64,000 bases of DNA from Xylographa opegraphella (GCA_022813865.1 JALDZX010000049.1:1-64000); one strand, 5' to 3'; shown: positions 25,866 through 40,280, counted from the first letter of the stretch. Notes: generated by a model from the letters alone, not told the origin. Made by a program: numbers and translations.

Positions 25866-28311
25866 TTTTGAGTTTGAAGCAGAAGTTGAATCGGTGCTCA
25901 ACGTTTCTGTAGTAGAAGTGCTGGAGGTCTGAGAGGGGAGCTATTGGTAGCCTTTGCAAATATGAATGTTCTCCTCGAGAGACAGCAGCTTTATGGATAA
26001 GAAGAGCTGAGAAGAGCCATACCTCTGTATATATCCATCCTCCATTGGAGTTTCGACTGCGAGACCCCGATCGGTGATGCCAAGACCGTTCCCAAGGTTT
26101 ACCATCGCGGTACAAACAGTAGAATCACCTAAAGTATGAAAAGGAACGACGACGATTGAGTTCGGCACGCGAAATCAGCGAGCCTTGTCCGCACGAAACC
26201 CGAAATGATAAAAAAGTTTGAGCATTGTGGTTCCAACTGCACATATCACTCCAAACCAAAGGAAGCACTCTGGTCACTACAGGCTTTAGACACATCCCCA
26301 AATGCTATGTGGTGTAGCAATATGCGTCTGACATCTATCTCGTCATTGAAATTCTCAATGCCGGACTGTTAAAATTCACAAATCAAACTCGACACGGAAT
26401 TTCTTGCATCGAACGGCACCATCTGACTTGATGCAGGCAGTTATTCTAGGACTGGTAGTTAGCAACTTCAGGAGCAGCACGAGAGACGCAATACAAAGCC
26501 ACTATCAAGGAGATAGCCCGAGCAGAGACAACGATCATAACTTGGTGTGCTAAGACTGCAAACGTAGGCTGGAACGCAACCCACACCAGCTATGACGGTA
26601 GTCCGTGTACACCAGAAGAGAACAACATGGCAACATTTTCATAATGATAGAAGGTGAATATCCATACGTATCATCCAGTTTGCAGATCGTAAGGCCACGA
26701 TGAAAGCTTTTTGAGCAGGGCGAAGGGAGGGTAGACAACGCCGTTCGTCACATGCAAACGGTATTACATGTAGTCTGAAGGTACCGGGTGCTAATATATG
26801 ATACACACAACGAAAACACATCGCAATTGATCGGGAGGAATGATCTGTTTCAGTTGCACAGTTGCTGGTCAGTTGTGGATATGGACGCAAGATTTAAATG
26901 CCCTTCCTTGATCAGTTTTACTGTAGACGCTGGTACAACACATCATGAATATTCATTACCAGGCCTCGTCGACTTAGTCACCGATGTAATGTTCATAACA
27001 ATGGCATAGTTCTTTGCTGGTGGGAAAAGATCACCAGATAGAAAAATGAGTAGATAGCCATTAAGCGCGCGGAAGCCACTGGAGCCACTCTCCTCCAACT
27101 TAAAGCGCAGCCGGAGCGCGTGGGTGCAAAGAGTCAGAATGGCCATCAATACTACCAACGCCGAAGTCTGCCGAAACATCGTCCAACCGCTATTTTGACC
27201 CCGTTCAGGCATGACCAGTCATGTATATGCTCCAAACCAATATACTTCCTGGGTCCTGCAATCGCCTGTGATCGAATACCCAACCCCGCATCCATCGACA
27301 TGGACAGTTTTTGCCATTTGGTGCAAAATCTTACTCTAAGAGCTTCTCCAGATGCTTAGTCGTTTCGGGCAGATACTGCAGGTCCATCCAAATAGCCTCG
27401 AAATCCCAACCACGCACAGACACGTGGTTGTAGCTGCTGCTTGAGGAGTATTTGTTTAGAAATCTCGCGATGTGCTGAGAGGTGGAAAGAAGCGACAGGT
27501 GGAAACAAAATTGCACGAAATAGCAGCCTACTATATATCATTGCTCAAGACGGACAGTCAGTAGTGGAGATTTTGATCACTCTTTGAGTTCGAGATAACA
27601 GCCAATGCTGCGAAGTTTCGCATTGTATCTCGGACAGAATTGGAGAGCTCGAAGGGTCTTCATTAAACCTGGATGCCATAAGAACTATCCTGTGCTAGGG
27701 TCCCCATGAACAGGAAAAGTCTAGCGTTCGGAAGAGTTAGCTGCGAATCAAATGCAACTCCACCGAAATTCTGCTCGCTGGCTCAAGTGTAAGAGCCGAG
27801 TGTCAAACGATGGATTTTCAATTGTGTAACTGGATCCTGGTGCATTCGTATTGGAATTAACCTCGATCAAACTCCGACTGGAATGGTTGGAGCTTCTGAA
27901 GAACAACCACAAGATATCGAAGTAAAATTAATTATATTGGAAGTGCTATCTGTCAAGAACTTGAAGCACAAAAGTGGCAAGGCGCCGCTCCTTGAATTAC
28001 AAGGATTTGACATACTCCTCGTTATGTACATCAATGTGGGTGTGGTTGTATTCGTGCCTACCTAACTCCACAGAAAGTCGTTGCTCTTTGAGCGCCGACC
28101 CAGCACCATATTGCGCCTACTATGGACCGAGTTCCCTTATTGGACGATTGTTGTCTTCGTCTCTCCCCCAACGGCAATGCTGAAAATAGCAAATACATAT
28201 CCAACCTTGATTTTCGTCCCTGTTAATCCAGCGGCAAAGTTCAGATACAAGCAATCTTTCTGACTTACACGACGCTTCTGAACCCTGGCTCACTCGAGCA
28301 AGCAAAGGCGC

Positions 28312-31300
28312 CTACTGGTATTTACGCAGCTGATCAAGTCAGCAAAGATACCTCAATTGCGAACGAAATCAGCGGACTCACATCCAGAGTCAACGCCTTG
28401 CTCGTATTCGCTCCTTGGTCACGATGGATACCAACCAATGCTTCACTGCCTTGGAACAATCCCGTCTTTAAGCTGATGACTATAAACTGCATCCCCGGCC
28501 CGGCATGCTCCCGAATATAGTTTGCAATCTTTGCCACGTTGGCGTTGTCGAGCGCTGCATCTACTTCGTCGAGAACAAAGAAAGGCGAAGGCTGGTAGCT
28601 GTGTATAGCGAAAAGTAGCGCCAGCGCGGCCATGGTCTTTTCGCCGCCGGATAAATGCTCCATGTCTCGAAAGCGCTTGAGTGGTGGCATGGCGTGATAT
28701 TTGATGCCATCTAGGTATGGCTCGTCGGAGTCTTCGGTGTCGAGGTAACTACCAGCCGTCAGTGTATCATATCACTATGCAATAGGTGTCCTAACTTACG
28801 CTTGTCCACCCATGGGCAGCGAAGCACTCCTGGTTAACTCCTTATAGATCGGACCGATCTGCTCAGAAATATGCGAGAAAGCTTTGTTGAACAGCTCAAT
28901 GCGCTGTTCCTTGACCTCTTCGAAGTCATCTTTGGCTTTCTTTGCCCGCTTTCTTGCGTCTTCGAACTCCTTCTCTGTGGTTTTCAGTCGACTTTCGACA
29001 CCTTCGAGACGCTCGATGGCTCGCATGTTGGGCGCCATTTGCTTCATGTCATCTTCGAGCATCGTGATTTTTTCCTGGAGCTCTTCATCAAACTTCTCGT
29101 CAGAATTCTAAATTACATAATCAGCATGTCTCTCTCTGCGAAAAGGTTTTTCTATGAGTACCTCTTTGAGGTCATCGTCTAGATCATCAAAATCAACCTC
29201 AATCCCGTAGTCTTGCACTGCTGGAGGCTGGGTACTACTTTGATCAGGGTCTTCGTCTACATCCATCGCATCTGGATCATTATGGGTCATGCCGTCAATT
29301 GGCAGCTGATCGAGACTGTTCGAGTCGTCTGCTAAGGGAATAGTGATATCTTCGAGTTTGCACCTTCGTAGCAATGCATATCTGCTGGCCGCATTTCGTT
29401 GTATCTCGGCTTCCAGTCCGGCAATCACTCTCCTCGTTCCCTCGACATTCTTACTCCGCTTCTGCACTTCACGCCGTTGCTCAGCCACTTTCTGCTCCTT
29501 CTTGGCATAAAGATCCTTCTGCTCCTCTAGTTCTTCCTGCAGCTGCTCCAGCTCTGCGGCAAGAGTATCAAGTTCGTCCGAGATAGAATCTTTCTGTCCT
29601 TCTAGCTCCGTTATCAGTGCTCGGTCTTGGGTGGTACGATCCTCCAAAGTCTTGATGCGACTCTTAGTCTCCTGTAATTGTTGTTGCTCGAAGCTGATTC
29701 TGCTTTGCAGCTTACTCTTTTGTTGCTTGAACTCAAGTTTCTTCTGAGCATCCTCTTGTTGTAAAGAACCCTGCTGGGCCTCGTAGACCCGAATGTTATC
29801 ATACCGCAAACGCGCGCAGAACTCTGCGAAAACCTTGTCTTCCACATTACCCACCGCATCCTGATAGGACCTGAGGTCTTCTGTCAAGGCCTCAAATTCC
29901 AGCAGCTTCCCCCGGTACTTTGGCAGTGCCTCAGCTAGTTCTTGTTCCATGTGGAACAACTCCTTCTGCTTGCTGACTAAATTACGTTCATGTGCCTTCG
30001 CTTCTTCTCTTGCATACGCAAGCTTCTGCTCCAGTCCTGTCAAGTCACCATGTAGGGTCTCCTCCTCAGTTGCATTGCGACGACTGTCTGGAACAGCCGC
30101 AAGGTCTCTTTGTAGCTTTTCAGCCAGCTTCCGTAGATTATCTACTTCGGTATCTTCCCATCGTCGGCCTTGCTCCCTACCTCTACCGCCAGTCATCAAG
30201 CCCCCCTTATGAATGACAGTGCCATCTAGAGTGACAGCCTTGGCCTCGATCCCTTTGTCATAGCACATGTATTTGGCGATCGCTAGATCATCGCATACAA
30301 TGGCATTACCACATGCATATGACATAGCTCGATCTACCGCCTTGTCATAATCGATTGTGTCAAGCGCCATACGGGTCCCTCTGTGCATGCCTTTCAGGTT
30401 AGAATTTGTGGCCTTTACTTGGATTGTATCAAGCGGGATGAAAGTAGCCTGGCCTCGATGCTGATCTCGCAGGAACTGTATACACTCCTTAGCAGTCTTC
30501 TCATCGTCCACGACAATGGCATCGAAGTGACGACCAAGGACAGTGCTAACAGCGTCGGCATATTTCTTCTGCTTTGGCTTGCACAACTCGCTGACACGAC
30601 CTCTCACTCCAGGAAAGATACGCTTCATATCGGCAATGGTGGCCTTCATGCGCATTTCCTTGTCGCTTTGCTTCCGACCATCCTCGGCATCCAGTAGTTT
30701 TGTGAGAACTTCTTGAAGTTTCTCGTCAAGCTCGGTCCTGTATTGAGCAGAGCGGAGCCGTTCCGATGTGAGAGCATGGAACGCTTTCTTCTTTCCTTCG
30801 ATATCTTTGGTCGTCTGCTTGATAAGGTCGTTGGCAGCATTCCGCTGGTCAGTGGTTTCAGCAATATCTTCTTTCAACTTTGCTAGCTGGTATTTAAGTA
30901 GGTCGACCTTGCTCTTGAGACTATTAACCGTTTCTTCGTCGGCTCTCTTTTGGCGTTCAAGATTGCTGGCCTTAAGCTGATCTGTCGAGCTACGCTTGCT
31001 CACTTCTTCTTTGAGTCTGTTGTACTCACGATGATCTTCTTCACTCAGCGCTCGACCTGTTTGATCCCCTAACCTCGACCATTCTGCCTCCCACTGTGCT
31101 TCAGCTTTTTCCACTAATTTCAGATCCTTGGCTAAGTGCTTCACAGTATCGGCTTTGTTATCGCGCTCCTTAGTAATTCCTGCAATTCGAGTGTTGGCTT
31201 TCACCAGTCGATCTTTGGTCAAATGAATTTTCTCCGCAATTGGCACCAAGCTATTCTCCTTTTCTTCAACCTCCTTCTCCTTTTTCTTGATGCCCCTCTC

Positions 31301-32375
31301 GATCCTGCTCAGGTCACGACCAACTTTAGCCTGGTCTTTTTTTGCTTCTTCCAGACTATTTTCATACTTGGCGATGCCTCGACGGTGCTCTTTAAGCTCT
31401 TCTTGGTGCTTCAGTATCTCGGCACTCGAGTCTTCAATGGTTTTCTGGAAGTGGTACAGCTTCCACAGGATATGAGTCACAACTGCTTGATCCCGCTGAT
31501 CCGCTTTCTTCGAATAGCTGTCGGCTTCGCGCTTTTGCTCTTGATACTGCTTGATCTCAGAATTGATGCCCCTCCTCCGGTTTAGGTTGAAGTTCTGATT
31601 TTCAAGAGCCTCTTCCTGGGCTTCCTTGAGTTTTTCATAGTCGGCCTTGTATTCGAGACTACCAGAGATCTGCTCGATAAGCTTAGTCAGGTCTTTCGGT
31701 GATTGTGACGCTATCTGTTCGACGTCACCCTGGAAGACCAAGAAATTTCGTGCTTTAACCAGAATATTTTCTGCTTCCATAGCGTCATTGTACTGCTGGG
31801 CAGACACAACAGATCCATTGATTCGGTATTCGCTTCCGCCCTGGTTCGTTATGCTCCGCTTCCACTGCTGTTCGTCACCAGCGTCGTCCTCATAAACCGC
31901 CATAACCCAGGCAGTTTTCGGGTCATGCCGCTCCTGAGTACCATTCTGAGTGCTGTTCTGGGTGCCATTCTCATCGATATAGCCATCACCATTGGCATAA
32001 CCGTTGGCACCGTTTGTTGTTGCTGAGCCATCCCCGTTGATTGTAGAGGTCTTCAGCACCCGCCCCCTGTAGACCAAGTCGCGCAGATGAGTCGAGCGCA
32101 GATGGGAAGATTTAATACCGAGGACGAAGGATATGGCATCCATGCTGGGAAGTGTTAGCAACAACAGTAGTGCATGTGGCCTCGGCGCATTGCTTACGAG
32201 TTCGATTTGCCGGAGCCATTGGGACCGATGATAGAAGTGAAGTAGGAGTCCCCGAAGAGTAGGGTATGATGACCTTTGTAAGATTTGAAGTCTCGTAGAT
32301 GGTTAGTCGTCGAAGGTCGGAGAGCTCTATGAAAGGCTACTCACTGTACAGTTCCAAGCGTATCAGCTTGCCCAT
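28312..32375 (-). CDS. SMC1: Cohesin subunit SMC1, 6 exons
   Basis: MGKLIRLELY-NFKSYKG..IIGPNGSGKSNSMDAISFVLG, ARNFLVFQGDVE, hinge domain, LSGGEKTMAALALLFAIHSYQPSPFFVLDEVDAALD, ends LTLD-LRKYQ*. Confidence 0.97.
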
Positions 32376-32486
32376 CTTGACGAGCGGGGACCCAGCCTGC
32401 GGCGGCCTACAGGTACGTTCAAAGTGTTACACCGATCAGCATCGGCCGAGTAATGCACAATGACAGTTGATATTATTGTAGTTCGC

Positions 32487-32527
32487 CGCGTTACGCGTGA
32501 ACTTACCTTAGAGTGCCATCCACGCGA
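32487..32527. promoter_or_regulatory. MCB-like elements upstream of SMC1
   Basis: ACGCGT at 32493-32498 flanked by CGCGTT and ACGCGA, 110-150 bp upstream of the SMC1 ATG. Cohesin genes are typical MBF targets in yeasts. Confidence 0.55.
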
Positions 32528-33082
32528 CAAGCGACATTCGCCTAGGGCATCAGGGCATCACTGGGCTATCCTATCTAGTCCTAGCCTATTCCAGCGTGGG
32601 TGGTAAGGTACCTACCTATGATAGGAGGAATAGCCGATAATCGCCTGGGAATCCCTGCAGCGGTACCGGGGGAACCTTTCCCCTCGATCACAGGCTCGTC
32701 CCAAGCTCGGGCCTCCATCGTCACCGGCTGTGTCGAAAAATAAACCAACCAGGTGTTGTGGTTCGGAAACGTTCTCGCCGCTGTCAACGTTTTTGTCTCT
32801 CCACAGTACTCCGTATCGCAACATACCTGGCCTATCAGCCACCACTATCTGCAGATCTCCCTCCCCTCCGCATCTGACGCTCTCTCTATCGATGGATCAA
32901 GTCCTGTAGTTAGCGCCTAGGCCCATGACTGCGCGAGCTCGTAGCGATATAGTCAGTATATATCTAATGTCTTTTATTATCATCGTTCAAGTTGTCTCGC
33001 CTGCATAGTAACTGCTTCGGTCTGTATATTTGCCGTCATTGGCCTCGGGACATATCTGAAAGGTGAAGCACGCCCTAACATC

Positions 33083-34819
33083 ATGGTAGTCGTCAGCGCC
33101 TTACAGAGGTTTTCGTCGCGCTCGAATTCTTTTCAATCCCGTTCGCCTGAGCTGGTGAGGTTCCGCACGCAGCATTCCCGCCAGATGTCGGAGCCCATGG
33201 ACGTCTCGAGAGTGAAAGCGGGTTCTTCCATCTCAGATACAGAACACGCTTTCGAATCAGAAGCTACGGGTGACCGTATGATAGATCCTGCAACTTTGAA
33301 CACGCCACCACTTCAGGGTGGTATTAGTCCCCTCCTTTCGTCTTCGAGCCCGCCGGGTCTATCTCGGAATGCTTCGTTTGCAGGCAGTAGCTCCTACCAA
33401 GAAGACTGGGAGGTCTTCCCCCCCCTTGACAAGCTCACCGTCTTTGACCTCCTTGATAATCTCGCGCTTCCGCAGCGGCTTGAGAAATGGCAGACCACAC
33501 TGAACGTACAGAGAGAGAAGGTGAAGAGACAACAACAGAAGTTGAGGTCGACAGGCTTGAATGCGAAGGACCGAGTGGTGGAGGAATGGCGCAGGAGGTT
33601 GCCAACCCCAGATGAGCAGCTGGACAAATACAAAAGGCGGATGCGTGACTCTGTTGATCGGCTGGGTAGCCGATGGAATGATACCAAAGCCGTTACCTTG
33701 AGAGAGAAGCTCTCATTTATTGCTGGAGTGCTCAACATCTTCATCAGCGGGTATCTTATCGGAGCACACCCGGAGCGCTTCTACTGGTGGTTTACTCTTC
33801 AGCTGGCTTATTTCATGCCAATACGCTGGTATACCTATCATAAGCGAGGATATCATTACTTCCTCGCCGATTTGTGCTACTTTGTGAACTTACTCCTCCT
33901 ACTGAGCGTCTGGGTCTTCCCACAGTCGAAACGCTTGTTCATCAGCACATATTGTCTCGCTTACGGGAACAATGCTGTCGCTATAGCTATGTGGAGGAAC
34001 TCTATGGTATTTCATTCTTTGGACAAAGTCACCAGGTCAGTCATGCCCTTGACCGGTGGTGGTCCCGAATGATGCTGATAACAGGATAGTCTCTTTATCC
34101 ATATCATGCCACCCGTAACTCTACATTGCCTTGTCCATCTCACGGATCCTGAGTTCCAGAAAGCAAACTTCCCCGCTATATACAACATCCGCTTCAGTCC
34201 AGCAACTAGCTCCGAGCATTACTCCTTGTGGTCAATGATGATCTGGGCTACTGTGCCATACGCTGTTTGGCAGCTGTCTTATCATTTCCTCATCACCGTA
34301 CGGCGCCGGGAAAAGATTGCAGCTGGACGGCCTACCAGTTTTACCTGGTTGCGCAAGTCGTACTCAAAAGCCATGATCGGGCGATTCGTCCTCAGCCTGC
34401 CAGAGGCCTTGCAGGAACCGGCCTTCATGATGGTCCAATACGCGTATGCGCTCGGAACAATGGTACCATGTCCCATCTGGTTCTGGTATCGATGGCCAAG
34501 TGCGTGCTTCCTGATGGCCGTGTTCATCTGGAGTATCTACAACGGTGCCACCTACTATATTGATGTATTTGGGAAGAGATTCCAAAATGAGCTTGAGCAG
34601 TTGAAGAAAGACGTTTCGAAATGGCAGTCCACTCCTGAAGCCATCAGTCCCACCATTATGGCCAAAGAAGCTGATGGAATGACAACGCCACAACCTCAGG
34701 CTCTTAGCCTAGGTGCAGCTGAAAGTTTGGATGGGGAACCATTGATGGAGTCGCACGAAGGATCGACGGGTCTTGAGAATCCTAGCAGGAATGATCTGAA
34801 AGAAAAGAAAGCATCGTGA
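33083..34819 (+). CDS. GPC1: Glycerophosphocholine acyltransferase (DUF2838); intron ~34036-34089; start may instead be 33185
   Basis: YHYFLADLCYFVN, WRNSMVFHSLDKVTSLFIHIMPP, GRPTSFTWL, YNGATYYIDVFG and multiple TM segments. Confidence 0.9.
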
Positions 34820-35335
34820 CGACAGTCTCGAGGGTTGCCATGTGTCATTCGATCAAATTAGTCTGCATAATAGTGGCGATTTTCACTGTCCGTTACTTTA
34901 GTGCTTTGAAGCGCACAACTATGTATACTGACGAAGGTGCCGAGTGGGACAGATTGGTCTTATGGTTCTATGCGCTATACCCCGGGCTTTTACGGTCATT
35001 CTTCAGGCGTTCGGGCAGTAGCATAGGGGTCACAGTAGTTATGGATATTATTAATCGTCATAATATTAGTTTCAGCCAGCGTATTTGTGCCATGCTTGAC
35101 AATGCGGTCGCCCCATGCCTAGAACGCGCTTAGGATAGCTCCCGGCTCCTTGAGTCCTTGCTCAAACACGAAGTCGAGTCGGCCAAAAATGAAGGCTGCA
35201 TTCTATAGTCCCATACTGTTTCCTTTACCTTCCTAATGGTATGACTCCCCTTGATGTAGCTGGCGAGTTGTAAACAGCCACTCATGTCGCGGTCAAGCAA
35301 GGGGAGTATTTCCGATCGATCAGCACGACTCCGCC

Positions 35336-37060
35336 ATGACTAGGAGGATCGTGAGTCGTCCCGACTGCTTCCACTGAAGCTCTATGACCATGCTAACAAG
35401 TACACCACAGGTCCGTACTGGTGTTCAGCTTGGTATTATCACTTTCCTGGTCCTCTTGTTCATCTTCATCCTCGACAATCGTTTCCGTGTCCTCCCCAAC
35501 AAGGTCCATGGCTACCTGCCGATGCACCATGAAGGCTTGGTCCTCACAGATATAACTGTCACCACCTGCAGTTTGATTTCGTCTTGCAGCGTCGCCTCGG
35601 ACAACTGGCACCGAATCGAAAAGGACCTCTACCTCGATCAGGGTTGGTTCTCCCATGCCTACGTCCATGTCCAACGGAAACGGGAGGAAGACCTTCTGGA
35701 CACTGATCGCGTGGTATTCGACCTACGAATCGGTCGTCTCGACCCGACCGTTTCTGAGAAAGATCAAGGCGCGGAACGCTGGGAGTCTCGAACTGCAGGC
35801 ATCTGGCTTCGGCGATCTTCAAAACGTCATGCATCTGATTCACAAAAGGCCATCACGGCGGTTGATGTTCTTTTTGGCGCCGATGCTGTAGAGCCTCGCG
35901 CTGGATGGGAAATCAAAGATCAAGCACTACTCATAAGTGCGTCTCCAGATACCCCAGAACCCCGCCTCAGCGTTAGGCACGGCAGTCCGAAGTCATTGAC
36001 CAAACCGACTCCGCGTATCCGCAAGGACGGCAAATTCAAGATCCTCCAAGTGTCGGATCTTCATCTCTCAACAGGTCTTGGCTATTGTCGCGATCCTGTA
36101 CCCCCTTCCCCAGGTGGGGCCATCTGCGATGCGGACCCACGAACCCTGGAATTCGTGGGAAGCGTCCTCGACTCTGAGAGACCTGACATGGTAGTCTTGA
36201 GTGGCGACCAAGTCAATGGGGAAACTGCTCCTGACGCCCAAACCGCAGTCTTCAAATTCGCAGAACTCTTCATAAAACGCAACATCCCCTACGCCATCAT
36301 CTTTGGCAACCACGACGACGAAGGTTCACTCGACCGCGCAGCCATTATGTCGCTTACACAATCTCTACCTCTCTCCCTATCTGAGCCCGGCCCTGCCACC
36401 GTCGATGGGGTCGGCAACTACGTCGTCGAGGTCCTTGCCCGCGGCACATCCTCACACTCCGCTCTGTCGCTTTATCTTCTCGATACTCACGGCTACTCCC
36501 CGGACGAAACGCATTTCAAAGGCTACGACTGGCTGAAGAAGTCTCAGCTCGACTGGCTCCGCGAAACCGCCGCCTCGCTTCGAAGCTCCGCCGCGCATAA
36601 GGAATACGCCCACATCCACCTCGACATGGCGTTCATCCACATCCCACTTCCAGAGTACCGGAACATTGAAAACCTGGTATCCGGCTCCGGCCAGCGCCTC
36701 GAGCCACCCACCGCCCCAGGCTTCAATTCCGGCACCAAGGACGTCTTCATTGAGAACAACATTTTCGCCGTCAGCTGTGGCCATGACCACGCCAACGACT
36801 ACTGTATCGTGGAGCCGCATTCGGAGCCGGACAAGGCAGAACTGAGCACCGTCGGGAAGAAGATGTGGATGTGCTATGCTGGCGGGTCGGGCTTCGGCGG
36901 CTATGGGGGCTACGGAGGCTACAGGAGACGTGTCCGGGTGTGGGATTTCGACATGAACGAGGCGAAGGTGGAGACGTGGAAGAGGGTGGAGGGCGGGGAA
37001 GATGAAGGGAGGGTGGATGTTAAGGTGGTCGTGGATGGAGGGAGGGTCGAGGAGGGCTAG
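35336..37060 (+). CDS. DCR2: Calcineurin-like metallophosphoesterase, Dcr2/Sia1 family (15-nt first exon MTRRI)
   Basis: FKILQVSDLH, VVLSGDQVNG, IFGNHDDE, AFIHIPLPEY, SCGHDHANDYC, GFGGYGGYGG; N-terminal TM anchor. Confidence 0.88.
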
Positions 37061-37576
37061 GACTGGTGAGGACGTTCCGGGGGAATACAGACGGATTGGG
37101 GACAGGGGAAGGAACTGTTAAGAACAGTACTCTGCTTCTCGTGCGAAGCGGCGTACTCCAAAAAGTCATACCGGCGATCGAGGCTTTGAGTGGTGCTGTG
37201 CCCGGGCCATGCGCGGGGGATTGCTTGCTCTGAGAGTAAGTGGCGGCTGAAACAGCTTGTAAGGTCTTATCATGTACATTTTTCTCCTTCAGCTTCGGTG
37301 ATGGGAATGGCGTTCTGCAGCAGGAGGCATACTCAGTCTATCGTTATCATCAGCCACCTTTCTTGCTACCTGTTCGACAACTCTTCTATAGAGTCTGGAA
37401 TCTGCGATAAACTCTATGCTTAGCTTATATAAGGGCTCTGTGGCCTTGTGCCGATGTGCGGCGCCCCCTCCCAAGAGTGAATAGTAATGGCAGGTAGTAT
37501 ATACACATACATCCCATGAAGTTTTCATGCTCTATACCAGGTCCCTCGTCCCTTCACACCCAACCATCTCGGTAGA

Positions 37577-39606
37577 TCATTCCTCCTGCTCTACAGTAGC
37601 CGAGGCTGCAAGTGACGCATCCTCGTGCCTTTCCTCACTGGGATCACCCGCTGGCTGCTCTGCCGGTGGAAGAGGCTGTTCTTCCGGTCGAGATTTAGGC
37701 GTGAGGGGTTCGGTTTGCACAACCGAGGGCTTGAAGAACGGCTGGTCGTCATCATCGGCGTCGAGCTGCATGAGAAAGGTCTCCCAAAGCTCGATGAGCT
37801 GTGGAAGTGTTAGCGACAGTCGAGGATGCCAATGCTAACAAATCGGACATAACATACCTCTTTTTGAGCTTCCACCGCGCCTTCGAGAAATGTCTCAACG
37901 CCACTTTTAAAGTCCTCGACTTTCTCCCGCTCAAACCGCTCCAGTTCGCCCCGCATCAGTCGGCCCATATCTTCAAAGAGGAGGCGTGCTTGGTGGCATT
38001 TCCGCTCTCCCTCTCCGACGTCGGCTTGCAATTGGTTCAGACGGTCTTGTTGTGTCTTCCCTTGCCGGAGAACCTTTTCTTGTGTGGCTCTCCGCTTTTG
38101 TAGCTCTGCTTCGGCAGCATGCCATGTGTGGAAGGACTTCTGACGCTGGTTGAAGGCAGTCTTGATCGAGGCGATTAGGCGAATGTACTCATCGACTGTG
38201 ATACCGAGCGTAAGAACATCTTGTTGGGCTTGACGCTCGTAGAGTTCGCGAATGCGTAGCTGAAGATCTGACAGACCTTCTAGTGGGGCTGATAATGAAG
38301 GGGAGAGTTCGACGGTAGAGAGAGCATGTAGTGAGGCAGAAAAATCACCCGCTGCTTCCGCAAGCGCTTTACGCTGGATAACAACAGTGTCGATCGCTTT
38401 TAAAAGTGCCTTCAGCTGGTTCTCCAGAGCGTCCAAGTACACTTTTCGATCATGGAACCAGTCGTCATGTTCTATAAATTTTCCCCCTCCAGAACCGCCG
38501 AAGCCGATAGAACTGAACATGCCTTTACTTTCACCGAGGCCTGGTTCTTTGTGGTCTCGATGCTTGACATCCATATTGAAAGCGTCACTTTCAAGGAAGA
38601 TCTTAAGATCGCTGTCGTGTTGGAGAATTGGGTGGGCGGCGGTTTTGTTAAGCATACGTTCTAGGGCAGAACGTCGAGACTCAACGAAGTTAGTATCAAA
38701 GCGGCCCACCGCTTGCTTCTCTGGTGGAGGTGGAACCACTACCCCGGGATTGTTGGTGTGCAGGGAGTTGTACAGCCATAAGAAATCTCGGTATCGGCGA
38801 CTGACTGCGAATTCGGGTTGCTTGTAGGCCTTTGAGCTTGTCTGTAGAGATATCATAAGCTTGAAAAGCTGTAGAACCGGATATGGCGGCTTGTCACCTT
38901 TGTCCGCACTTGATATACAATATGACTACTAGCCAAATCGCCGACCTTGTGCGGATCCCCTACAGTAATATCAAAGGTCGGTTTCGCCGCTTGTTCAATG
39001 CTCACACTAGGCTGCGTCTGTCTCCTGACATTGTCCGGCCCGTTTTGCGGTGGCTGTACAGGCGGCGGATGCCTCGCTCTTGATCCTTGTAGCTCGCTAT
39101 CATTACCTAGGTCCACCGACTCCATCATATTGCTATTCATAGCCGCACTTGGGGGTGGCTGTCGAGCATTGCGAACTGGTAAAGATTGTTCTTTTGAGGG
39201 AGGAGTAGGAACCGATTCCGATTGTAGGGGAACGTTCTCACCCAGCGGCCCAAGAGACCCAAGAGCATCGTCAGAAGCCTCGACCCGTATCGGTTGTGCC
39301 TCAACGCGCCGAGGTGTACGAGGAGTTCGGGGGCCTCTGTTGGCTGGGGATTTCATACCAGCGACGGCCGACAGTGGTGGAGGTGGGGACTTGGTTTTGG
39401 AAGCGTCTGTGCGAGACATTAGAACTGATCTCATCGATTCATAACCCATCCACTGACCGGGTTCTCCTGATTCCGCAGCCTGAGCAAGATTGGCGTGCGA
39501 GCTTGATTTCGACGGTACATCTGCGTAGAGGCTTCAGCTGTCTATCGGAGCAACAAGGGTTTGCGGCGGCTTGCTGACCTCCCCATGGCGAGTCTTCGGC
39601 GTCCAT
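37577..39606 (-). CDS. VPS5: Retromer sorting nexin (PX-BAR), 5 exons
   Basis: MDAEDSPWG start, ITVGDPHKVGDL, VSRRYRDFLWLY, PPPPEKQAVGRF, BAR domain, QKE-LIELWETF. Confidence 0.93.
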
Positions 39607-40280
39607 TTTCTTCACTATTTCGGGGATATTCTCACTTATATCGAGGCTCTTGATACTCGTGATGGACCACTGGGGTGAATATGCACGATTTATGGTTTGG
39701 CCGAGCACCCGAAGATTCTCTGCCATATCCCTGTCGATTTAGGGCTGGCGGAACAGATGTTTGCCCTTCAAGGAATGCGCGGCTTCGTCCCTGTCACAGC
39801 ATCGTCGTGATGCACATTGAAGGTGGCTGGTAACGTTAAGGTGACATCGCTCTTGCTTGATCCGTACAGCAGCATTGGTAGAAATGTTGTGCTGACCCGT
39901 CGCTCTGCGAATGGAATCCGATCCTGGTTTAGCAGAAGCTTGTGTTGTTACTTGGAGACTACAAACATTACTTGAGCTGTGTCAACCGTTGTTTCTTGTC
40001 AGAGTGATAGACTACGATGTATGCGCCGAATAGAGAGCTCAAACATCACTATAGCGGTTCAAGAGCGAGCTGTTCCTTGATGTTAAACGAAGCCCTTTCT
40101 ATACCGGGGCAGATTACTCGGGCAACCTTTGAATGTCAGATCTCAGATTGTGTATCTACGCTTATGCTAGAATATCGCTCAAGGCCATGCCATACTCAAT
40201 CTTGTACTATTAGCAAATCGTGTGTGAGAGTACAAGTGCTACAAATTCGCAAATTTGATGTCGACCTCTTCAGCGCCCGT

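Noticed and set aside
39400..39580. Possible stwintron or long first intron in VPS5
   Set aside because: Resolves into two ordinary introns around an in-frame exon (DVPSKSSSHANLAQAAESGEP)
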